From Antedon mediterranea (lineage: Eukaryota > Animalia > Echinodermata): a stretch of 64,000 nt of DNA. The stretch's first letter is position 1. Every line of letters begins with the position of its first letter. The DNA lies in assembly GCF_964355755.1 (NCBI RefSeq), contig NC_092678.1, positions 3,426,422 to 3,490,421 on the forward strand. Reading direction: 5' to 3'. Both the position numbers and the translations under genes were made by a program. Under the pieces are notes generated by a model, which worked only from the letters and a program-made list of their open reading frames with translations, had not been told where the DNA came from and searched no databases. This document shows, one piece after another, positions 40,601-50,723 of this stretch.

Positions 40601-42964
40601 GAATATATTATATACATATAGGTAAGTTTTATTGTAGTTAGTGATAATTCATTATTAATCAAAGTAAATCGTAAGTACGAATATTTAGCAATTTGTACGC
40701 CCTGCATCCACTCCACATCCAGTAGGCTTATAAACAGTTCCATTAAACTGTTTTAAACTTTATTGATATCTATCATGTTTATAATTAGGCCTAAAATAAT
40801 TGTGTGTGTTAAAAGCTTTAACAAAATCAACAAAATCAAATTACAAGCTGCGCCGTATAGATACTATATAATAGTCATGTTTTCTTGTAATTTATTTTTT
40901 GCTGGTGGTATGGTACTATACTTTTACTTCTAAAATATACACTTTTTAAATTATTATTACCAATAAAAAAGAGAAGTGGGTGTTTCTTTTTCAGGAAGTT
41001 GACATATATGATTTATCTGATAATGATACAGTCAAATAATAATGTTAATAATTGTGTTGAATTGACATTATCATAATATAACCATGTTATTTGTTTTTTA
41101 TTATAGGTGATATGGAGGAGAGGGATGATGGTAGGTTTATGTTTTTTTTATTACAGTATATAGTTTTAGACGGTTTTGGGGTTTTTTCTTCTTATAAATA
41201 CTATTTGTTATCATGTTGTAAAATTGCTCTTTAACTGATAAGGTAAACAAGAATAAAATATTATTAGTTTGTCAATACTAATATTTACCATAATTATTCA
41301 ATTAAAAATCAATTTTATTTCATTTCCACATAGTTTTTGTATACTAATTTGTAGATGCAGTTTAAATAATGTAGTTGACTAATGTTTCATAAAGTAGTAA
41401 TGATTTTGAGAGTTTATTATTTTCGTATTTTAACAAAGAAAACAGATTGAAAACTATTGATATCAAATATATTTAATGTTTAAATTTAGAAAAGATTGGT
41501 TTGGTATGGGCTCGATAAGTTGATTTAAAACAAATACGAAGCGCTTTTTTCTGTAATTTAAAAAGATGGTCCAACTTTGTAGTTACCGTAGTAGTCCATG
41601 GCCATTGGAAATGTTTATTTGTAACAGTTCCCCATAACAAGTTACAATACGACAAATACGGAAAGAACCATGGTATTATAATGAAAAAAGAATATTTGTT
41701 GTTAAACTATATTTTTCTCATTGCTCCAATATTTCTTGATTTTTAGTTAATTGCTGTTTCAAGTTAAATTGGGTGTCAATTGTGATTCTAAGAAAATTTA
41801 AATGTTGTTTTTCTTTAATTAAAAGATTATCAATTTTGATTTTAAATTATTATTCCCTCGGACGTGTCTTCTGTCACTTAAAAAATATAAACGTTTGTTT
41901 ACAGGCAACGTTTCCACTGGCGACGACGCGGATAGTCACGGCAAGTTTGATTTTTTTAACTGTTTTTCTTTTCCCGAGCCACTTATGAACTTCTGAAATA
42001 TAAATTGTATTTTACCAAAAATAACTGTAATTTTCAATATATTTTCGCGATTGTATATTTAGGTTTGAATAATATTATAACTTAAAAACCCAAGTAAATC
42101 CAACTTCCAATTTATATTCTGTATTTTATTTACTCATTTGTTTTTGAGAATGGTTCCATGATGGTTCCGAAACGTCGATCTTTTTTCATAATTCCGGTTC
42201 AGTTCTGTAATAATAATTTTGAATTGTTGATTTGTATGCCCACCTCCACCAACAACAGGTTTCAATTTTTGCAAGTTAAATTTTACCTTAAATTGTTTTT
42301 ATTACTTGGGTAAAATGTTATATATATTATCAAAATATACAAACAGAAACAGTTCAATGAACATACTTGGCCGAGATTAAATGTTAGTTGCCATGTGCGT
42401 CATAATAAATTAATATTGACCAATCACAAACTGAACTGTTGCTTGTGATTCGTCAACTCATATTGTGTTTTGCCTACCTCATTGAGTTGCGTCCAGTTAT
42501 ATGTAAGCGTTAACAGCTCATCAATTAAAAAAATGTTGCTTGTAATTTGTGTCAAATATGACAAAAAAACATCGTGAAAAATAAAATTGTCGGTAACTTA
42601 TATTTTCATTTCAAATTAAAAATAATCCTTCGATTTATTTTGAATATTACAAAATTATAATTTTAAACATCTTTAATAAACAATTAAGTTTATTAGGACA
42701 TCGATTGATTTAGATTGGGTGGAAAGTGTAATATTGTCACATTATTGTAAGAGGTTACGTTATTTATTTGTATACTTATACTTGATATTAATAGGCAATG
42801 TAATAGGCAACAAGAAGACAAAGAAGGTTGCTCGTATGTTGGCGGCTAAGAAGATGATGGCGGCTAAGAAGATGATGGCGGCCAAAAAGGCGTTGGCTTC
42901 AAAGAACTTGCTGAAAGAGTTGGCTAAGAAGCGAGCCATGACCAAAGCCCTCAAGAAAAACTAA
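27160..42964 (+). CDS. Microexon-built secreted protein (about 235 aa if all exons are used), paralog of the 19386-23311 gene
   Basis: Exon 1 27160-27246 (MNRVAVVILAVAVIATLIEARPNLANKLK) and exon 2 27841-27868. Then 19 phase-1 exons, all multiples of 3: 28785-28805, 29071-29091, 29862-29885, 30702-30725, 31542-31565, 32219-32239, 34169-34186, 35639-35659, 36062-36079, 36286-36312, 37036-37053, 37424-37441, 37813-37830, 38282-38305, 38792-38818, 39843-39857, 40482-40505, 41107-41130, 41905-41940 (GC donor). Last exon 42795-42964 (KKVARMLAAKKMMAAKKMMAAKK...). The full join has no stop codon. Confidence 0.82.
29475..31994 (+). repeat. Three tandem 840-bp copies, each carrying one 24-nt microexon
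   Basis: Line-by-line identity at period 840; the only differences I found are at 30707 and 30712. Confidence 0.95.
33780..36705 (+). repeat. Family of about 225-bp intronic units (ggggcctattcattgaaat...ttactttcacag [exon] gtaagtatttcac...) in two clusters, with interspersed (ATT)n microsatellites
   Basis: Units recur near 33870, 34087, 34338, 35978, 36202, 36429 and 36635; (ATT)n tracts at about 33805, 34311 and 34547-34610. Confidence 0.85.
36710..38085 (+). repeat. About 3.5 tandem copies of an approximately 388-bp unit carrying the 18-nt EQPP(V/G) microexon
   Basis: Exons at 37036, 37424 and 37813 (spacings 388 and 389); the flanks are nearly identical. Confidence 0.92.
40037..40215. 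mobile_element. MITE family B copy in an intron of the microexon gene
   Basis: aagcgtggtacccactagcgacgc ... ctagtgggaaccaagctt. Confidence 0.85.
41400..41760 (-). mobile_element. Degenerate LINE (L2/CR1-group) reverse-transcriptase C-terminal fragment
   Basis: PYLSYCNLLWG...LFKLQKKALRIC..YRAHTKPIFSK is typical of the end of non-LTR ORF2; it is frameshifted. Confidence 0.75.
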
Positions 42965-43379
42965 AAGGGCATTAATAGCAAAGATACAAGAATAAAGTGT
43001 ATTTGATTGATATATGTTTAATCATTGGTGAATGGTGATGGGACCTTTAATATATAGGCCTACATTTATTCTGGCCACATTCGATATTCTTTCATCCTTA
43101 AGATAATATTTAACAACTTACATGTTTTAAATTGAGTTTATTTTTACAAAGTGTATTCATTATACACAGAAAGAGTGATATTCATGGAAACTTGTGAAAA
43201 TAACAATAAGAATAAAAACAACATTTTTAAATATGTACTATCTTATCTTTTAATAAACTTTATGCAGGCATTAATACTTTGTGTATATTGTTTTTCTAAA
43301 TTATGTGTACAATAGAACGACTTACAAATTGTGTATTTAAAGAGCAGGCAAAAAAATGTGCATGTTTGAGGGTGGGGAA

Positions 43380-43497
43380 GAAGACCCTGGGCAGAGGACC
43401 CTGGGCAGAAGACCCTGGGCAGAAGACCCTAGGCAAAATACCCTGGGCAGAAGACCCTGGGCAGAAGACCCTGGCCAGAGGACCCTGGCCAGAGGAA
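43380..43497. repeat. 14-bp GC-rich minisatellite (agaagaccctgggc), about 8 copies
   Basis: Direct reading; it explains the overlapping spurious ORFs at 43296-43591. Confidence 0.9.
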
Positions 43498-43966
43498 GAG
43501 TGTAGTAATATAATGACATCCTGATGATGTAGGTAATGACGATGATAAGACTGTAAAGACAATTTTCCACTAGGCGAATTTGTTGGCGCAAATTGAAAGC
43601 ATCATATTATACGCATGCATATTCACACTTTCGTTTCCTGCAAACAAATATGGCTAGTGGAAAATCGGCTTAACACCAGTGGCAGTATTCATCAATCAAG
43701 AAAAACAACAGCATAAAATAAAAAAAAAACATCCTATCTATTGTGAAATAGGCCTTAAAGGAAATATTTCCTTGACACTGGTGAATATGACGACTGGTTC
43801 AAAATCACTTTCTTGGTGAACAATATCAGGAGACTAAAGCTCTGTCTACACTATCAAACTTTATGTGTCAAAAAAATGTGATGTGCCATATATTGACATG
43901 ATGATGTCATATCACTACCATATTTGGGCACTGAGTACTCCATTTTAGCTGATCATTCCAAACAAA

Positions 43967-46427
43967 TCATAAATAATCTCGGTCTCTGGGTGGGTTCGGA
44001 TTCTTCAAATTCCTTCTTCGAATTCCACTGAAAATGAAATTTGTGGTTGAATTTGTGGTTGAATTTGAGGAAATGCAGATCAGTGAATTTTAAATAAACA
44101 CGTACATTAAACAATGTTTGTACTTACACTGGATACCATCTATGCTTTGTCGTATAATAAGTCTGGCTTAAATCGGAAATGCTAGGTCCTCTTTTCTCCA
44201 TTTCATAATGGTCAAATTGAAGTTTACTTTTTAGTATACTCTCAGTGCTGTGCTGTACAAATAATAAAAACAGAAATATCATTTTGATAATGAAGCCAAA
44301 GCAAAACAAAATGCCCATCAAAAAAAAAAAAAGGAATAGCAAAATCTTGATATAACTTACATGCATGTCTGGATTAACTGGGTCTTGTCGCGTTATCGGC
44401 TAAAAGATAAAAAACAAAACAAATATTGCTTTTGATATTGCCATCAAAAAGATACAAAAATGTATCTGGTTATCTATGTGGTTTAACAAATAGTAAAAAA
44501 AGAATTGAGTAAGAAAGAGTTGATAAGTTAATCTATAGTGATTGATGTACTGTATTTGAATATAACTACAATTGCAAGCCTTTTCTTTTAAGGCGAGCGA
44601 GTGCGATCACTCACCTAACACACTTCTAAACTGCCCTTGGGGAGTGCGATTTACAACACGCTTAAATTTGGTAAACTTCCACACACCAAAATACAAACAG
44701 CACACCTACAGCACCCCTAATGTATTGAGGAGTGCAATTTGTAGCACAGTTATAATATTCAAAAGACAAGGCCTGCAATTGATTATCAAACTGTTAGTAG
44801 TTGAACTTTCAACACTAGAAGCTCATAGCTAAAGGGCTTTCACACCTGTTCCGGCACGGTTCCAGTCCCGCGAATCGAACATCAATGTTTTGTTGCCAAT
44901 CGATATGCGCGTAGCCGCGTGAAAACGAAACATTGACGTTCAATTGGATTTTCCGGCGCCGGACTGGAACCGTGCCGGAACAGGTGTGAAAGCCTCTTAT
45001 GATAGTATGAGATTTTACATTCTAAAAGGTTACCTTTGTGTGTTCATACGGAAAATCGTTTGCAGGATGGTAACAAACAAACATTGAACCATCTGATGTT
45101 TCTGTCCATTGCTTACTAAAAAGAAGAAAACAAAGATGTTTTTTTAACAGAATGGAGGAGGTCATCATGACACTGGGAACATGTATAAGTACTTTTGTAG
45201 ACAAAATATGGTATACACAAATAAAAATAGTTCTTCAGGTTGAAGATGAGGGAATTGTAATACAGTTGACTTTCCCAATACCAAACTCTCTGAAAACCAA
45301 AAACCAGACTTTTCTTGAGGTGCAATTCATTTTTGCCAGTAAAAAACATTCCGAATACCAGATTTTCTAAAAAAACTAGACATATTAGGTCGGCCCAAAG
45401 GTGTCTGGTATTGAAAGAGTTGACTGTAGTAAAGTAGATAGTGATACTGTAAAGTCTTGAATGAAAGTAAAGAATTGTTTTGCTACAGAAAAAAAAATCT
45501 TTTGAACCTAAAAAAAAGTGTATAAACTATTTACTATACTATTTAAAATATCCTTGAGGTGCAGGATAACATTTCACAAAATTATATAATTAAATTCAAT
45601 TTGATTGATTGATTTGAAGGCAAGCAAAAAAATAAACAGCATCGGACCTTTTAAAACCAATGTCTCCTAAAAAAGGCAGAGTTAACATAATATATATATT
45701 TGTTTAATCAAATTACTCACCTGTGTATGGTTCCAGAGGAAAATATGCGTCGTGACATTTCATTTAAATCTAAACAAATTAAAAATTAAAAACAAGCAGT
45801 TTTATTTATAAAGGAAGATTTGATACAAGTTGGTAATGTATGCATGCTTCACTTCATATAAGTATGACAAAATTGATTGTATGTCATGATTAAAAAAATG
45901 TCATTAAATAATTTTATAATAATAATTCTAAAAAAAATAAGAATTATTTAAAAAAAGAAGAGAAGAAATTTCAACTAATATTAATAATGGGCTGAAACAT
46001 CCTGATTGGCCTCTCTAGGACTAGTTAGGCCCTAGATTATCACATATGTTAGGAGGGCTGGATTGGTAGTAGTTAGGCAAGGCTTAGCTAGCCTAGATCG
46101 ACTACTAGGCTCCACCGTGGCACTTGTCAGCCAAGCAGACGGCGAGGCCTACCTTGGCTACTACTAGAAGGTAGGCAAGTCAGCCTTGCTAGGCCTATCT
46201 TGGTCTAGTAGGCTAGGCCTAGCTAGCTAGCTAGTAGGGTTAGCTAGCTAGTAGTAGGTCTAGCTAGGCTAACTTGGTCAGCCCATACCTAAATTATTAA
46301 ATAAACCTAAACCACTTTTGATATAACGCCTCTGATAGAAATTTTAATTCAATGTGAACTTACTTTTCAGAAATATCAACTTTAATCGAGAAAAGTGCTG
46401 AAATGTGTATCTCATGGACGCAGCCAT
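43967..46427 (-). CDS. MRPL42: Mitochondrial ribosomal protein mL42 (MRPL42/MRPS32), 6 exons, 139 aa
   Basis: Exons 46427-46364, 45769-45721, 45115-45034 (TSDGSMFVCYHPANDFPYEHTK), 44399-44361, 44252-44128 (YYTTKHRWYP), 44027-43967 (RRNLKNPNPPRDR). The motifs match vertebrate MRPL42 (CYHP..PYEHTKP; TTKHRWYP; NPPKDR), and the N-terminus resembles a basic transit peptide. Confidence 0.93.
44832..44998. mobile_element. MITE family D (TIR ggctttcacacctgttccggcacggttccagtcc) in an MRPL42 intron
   Basis: About 32-bp perfect inverted repeats, TA-flanked. Confidence 0.85.
45261..45428. mobile_element. TA-flanked CAGT...ACTG MITE (Tc1/mariner-like); second copy at about 54803-54990
   Basis: Shared sequence ctttcccaatacc...cccaaaggtgtctggtattg...actgta. 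Confidence 0.65.
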
Positions 46428-47360
46428 GTTGTTTTTATGTCGCCCTCTATATAACGTAAAAAAGTAAACATTTCTGAGGAATATTTGGTGGTACATATTA
46501 CGTACCCAAAATATACCTCTTATATTTGGTGCAGACGATTGCGATGACGTCGTACGTAGGCCTACGACGTCGAACGAAAAAAAGGCTAGGCTAGGCAAGG
46601 TTTTTAATTACGTTTAATTAACTAACTAACTAACCAATGATTGGTTCTGAAGTGCTGGATTGGGACTCTATGAAGGTATGAACTTCATATATCTTTCAGA
46701 TGAAGAGAATGTAATATAAAAAAAGGCCTCTAGGCCTAGGCCTAGGCTAGCTAGGCCCTACTAGTACTATGCTAGTAGGCCTAGCCGCCTAGCCTTAGTT
46801 AGGTAGCCAGGCTAGCCTAGGCATATAGGCCTAGGCCTACTAGCCTAGAGGCCTAGCCTAGCTAGAGGCTAGGCTACTAGGCCTAGGGCCTAGGCTGCTA
46901 AATAAAGAAAGGTTTCTCTAGTTCTGCAGTCTCCAGCAGAGCCAGGGCCGGGAGAGTCGTGCTGCTGCATGCAGACAGAGGGCCAGCAATGACAATGTAA
47001 GCGGTTGTTGTGCAGATGGATCGATGGTGTAGCTAGGCCTAGGCGTAGTAGAGGCGGGTGGGGGCAGGCGGGGTAATTGGCATATGACCGTTTCGGCCAC
47101 ATACAGTTTCGGCCACAACATATTTCTATGGCGCGCCATTCACGCATATATATTAGACCGTGCTATTGTTTTTGATATTATTAGTTATCGCATCGCATGA
47201 GCGATTTCAAACGTGACTTAATAATAATATTAAAAAAAAACTTTTTTGTTTTTTAGTTTAAGGCTAGGCCTAGGATAGGCCTAAATAGTAGGGTAGGCCT
47301 AGCTAGTCCCTAGAGCTAGTAGAGGGCTAATTAAGTTTAATTTATGGTAGGCCTATATAG

Positions 47361-48032
47361 CCGTACTGACGCGGGTATAAGCCCATACTCGGGTATAAGC
47401 CCACCCCCAACTTTCGACTAATTTTCATGAAAAATGAGGCACTCGGGTATAAGCCCACCCATTAATTCGAAGATCTACAGTGTGTGTCGTAATACATTAT
47501 TTTGTATTTGGCGACGTCCATACACCGAATACACCTACCTTTGATCATAACCAAGCTAGGCTAATATACGCTAGGCCATATGAGGCCTAGCGGTCCTGTT
47601 TTGTTTACACTCCATCGCGGTCGAAGATCGCTTCACACACGACGCTACAAGTCGCCAAAACGGAAAACCACTATTTGGTATCGGCTGCCATAAACAAGCT
47701 TATTAAATTTCTTTGGTACATTTCTATTTAACGAACATTGTATACTTGCTTTTCTGCTTGATAAATTCTTATTAAATTGATGTTTAAAATAAGATATTTT
47801 ACGATAAATTACACGAACTATAAACTTAATTTTCCGACACTCTACACCTCGTGTATTTAGAGGCAACGTCGTACACGTGAGGGCGCTCGCTCGCATGGTG
47901 GATCTGAATACACAGTGTACATGTGCTGTTTTTGACGATCTGCATTTTTGGATCCTCGGGTATAAGCCCACCCCCCAAACTTGACGTGATTTCATGTTCG
48001 AGGGGGGTGGGCTTATACCCGCGTCAGTACGG
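47361..48032. mobile_element. Non-autonomous DNA transposon, probably Tc1/mariner-pogo type (TIR ccgtactgacgcgggtataagccca)
   Basis: 25-bp perfect TIRs and subterminal repeats ctcgggtataagcccacc; no transposase ORF. Confidence 0.82.
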
Positions 48033-48149
48033 TAGATAAAAGTCTGGGGAAACACTCATTTAACATTTGAATCAAAGACTTTTAATTCATAAAATGTTTG
48101 TTCGATGTGCTACTTTTTTCTGATTTTGCATCACCTTCTGCGCCTCTGT

Positions 48150-48710
48150 GTGCAAGCAAATTAATATTTTAGATGTTTATAAGTTATATGAATTATGTAT
48201 GTATTAAAATTTGTTTCTGATTTTTTTATCGTAGATTACCACATATCATAAACTCAACTAATGCTTCCTCAGTTTTGTTTCTCACTTGCCCATAAAAATA
48301 TTAATATTATCAAGGCTCAAAACTATGGAATAATTTACCGTATGATTTAAGAATGATCTCATAAAAAAAAAATTAAGCAATTTTTTTTGTTAAGCAATAT
48401 TTACTTTCCAAATATTAATTATTTTTACTATTCATCAGTTCTATTACTACACAGTGATTATGATATTTTTATTTATTTTTTATTTTAAATGTGTTTTAAT
48501 TATTATTTAATTTGTATTACTATTAATGTAAATTTCTATATTCATTTTTAACTATAAATAATTACTTCATTTAAAAGGCCAAATTCAGATAAGCGAAAGC
48601 TTTGTTATTGGTCTTTTTGTCAAATAAGTTGAGCAATGTAATTATTCTTATAATTATTATATACCGGTATTATTATTTTGACAATAAAGAGATTGTATAA
48701 AATTAATAAA
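48150..48710 (+). mobile_element. Degenerate LINE 3' end
   Basis: A GSKLWNNLPYDLR-like remnant at 48314 is followed by an AT-rich tail and aataaa. Confidence 0.5.
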
Positions 48711-48751
48711 ACTTAAATTAAAAGGTTAGGAAAGCAATGGCCTAAAATAAT

Positions 48752-49655
48752 TGCCTCTTGTTCATCCTTTTTCTTTTCATTCCATGTTTTTGATGGTCTG
48801 CCTCCTCTTCTTTTTTTTTCATTCCATGTTTTTGATGATCTGCCACCTCCTTCTTTTCTTTTCATTCCATGTTTTTGATGGTCTGCCTCCTCTTCTTTTC
48901 TTTTCATTCTATGTTTTTGATGGTCTGCCTCCTCTTCTTTTCTTTTCATTCCATGTTTTTCATGGTCTGCCTCCTCTTCTTTTCTTTTCATTCCATGTTT
49001 TTCATGGTCTGCCTCCTCTTCTTTTCTTTTCATTCCATGTTTTTGATGGTCTGCCTCCTCTTCTTTTCTTTTCATTCCATGTTTTTGATGGTCTGCCTCC
49101 TCTTCTTTTCTTTTCATTCCATGTTTTTGATGGTCTGCCTTCTCTTCTTTTATTTTCATTCCATGTTTTTCATGGTCTGCCTCCTCTTCTTTTCTTTTCA
49201 TTCCATGTTTTTCATGGTCTGCCTCCTCTTCTTTTCTTTTCATTCCATGTTTTTGATGGTCTGCCTCCTCTTCTTTTCTTTTCATTCCAAGTTTTTCATG
49301 GTCTGCCTCCTCTTCTTTTCTTTTCATTCTATGTTTTTGATAGTTTGCCTCTTGTTCATCCCTTTTCTTTTCATTCCATGTTTTTCATCGTCTGCCTCCT
49401 CTTCATCCCTTTTCTTTTCATTCAATGTGTTTCATAGTCTGCTAGGCCCCTTCATTCCTTTTCTTGTCATTCCATCTTTTTCATGGTCTGCCTCTCCTTG
49501 TTCATTCCTTTTTTTTTCATTCCATGTTTTTCATGGTCTGCCAACCTCTTCTACATTCCTTTTCCTTTCATTCCATATTTTTCATGGTCTGCCTCTCCTT
49601 TGTCCATTTTCTTTTCATTCCAAGTTTGTTATGGCCTGCCTCTTCTTCGTCCCTT
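48752..49655. repeat. 42-bp minisatellite, about 20 copies with degenerate ends
   Basis: Unit ttttcattccatgtttttgatggtctgcctcctcttcttttc; it generates the MKRKEEEADHQKHG and PPLLFFSFHVFDGL ORFs. Confidence 0.95.
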
Positions 49656-50385
49656 TTTCAGATTCCAGAGACAGATAATTATCAATGATTTTATGCAAAT
49701 GTATTTGGAAATATCCCACAAGAGGAAAAATAATGCATTTTGTCATAAAGATATAGGCAACCTATATCATAGTTCCTTGACCTTTATTTAGTTAGACATG
49801 TGGTTTGTTTGTTTTAGGCATGTGTCTTCCCCTTCTTAGGGATATTCCACACTTGCACTCAGTATTTTTTATTTAACCAAGTCAATTTCCTATTTTTCGC
49901 TGTTTAATCCATATAATTATAACTCACAAATTTATTTTGTGCCACTGAAATTATATGATGGTTATGGTTATTACAGTATTAATAATTTGGTTTTTATTTT
50001 AAACATGTTTGTTTTATAGTATAGCCACACCTAGAATTTATATGCATGATTATTATTCAGGATATAAACAATTTCCAGTGTTTACCATTAATTCTGACCA
50101 ACTAATTAGACTTATTTGTTATTTAATTTGTATGTGTACTACCGATGTTTTGCAACTTACAACTTAGAACATAAATGCAACAATACCACACCCACTCCAT
50201 CAATTAATGATCAGAAACAAATAAATGAAAAAGTATCCAGAAAAGATTGGTTGGCTATATTTTTCATTTAAATTTGCTGACAAAGTGTCATGTATTGTAA
50301 CTTTACGTTTATACTAGTACTTCATAGTATTTGATTTTATGAAATTTATTTGATAGCATGATTATAATTTTTGTTGGTTTTATTT

Positions 50386-50723
50386 GCATGTATTGTCCCC
50401 CAAAAACATGAAAAATTAAGATTTTAATTAAATCAGACTTTGAATAGGTTATTTTGTAGTTTTAATAAAGTTTTTAAAGTTAAATAATATAATGTTTTTT
50501 CATATAAAATGACAAATAAATGGTCAAATTCAACCAAAAACCTTTTGACTGGCAGCCAATTTGACTATTTTTTTGCTTCAAATTTCAGTTAAAATTAAAT
50601 ACAGTAATTTTTTTTGGGATTTAATTTTTGTTCAAAGTGGATAACTAAATCATGACATTAAAATGGCATATTCAACAACAAAAATGTAAACAAATATTTT
50701 TTCGGGGGACAATACATCTTTAA
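50386..50723. mobile_element. About 335-bp non-autonomous element (ends tgtattgtcccc / ggggacaataca); second copy at 15431-15762
   Basis: Both copies share cccaaaaacatgaaaa..aatcagactttgaa..ggttattttgta and have inverted ends adjoining TTAA-like sites. Confidence 0.7.

Noticed and set aside
40995-41030. Extra microexon after a strong tttttcag acceptor
   Set aside because: The phase-1 reading hits TGA immediately and no good donor follows.
43296-43591. Overlapping 73-88 aa ORFs
   Set aside because: Explained by the 14-bp tandem repeat.
48713-49791. Long ORFs of 204-269 aa on both strands
   Set aside because: Products of a stop-free 42-bp minisatellite that is open in several frames, with no splice or domain support.
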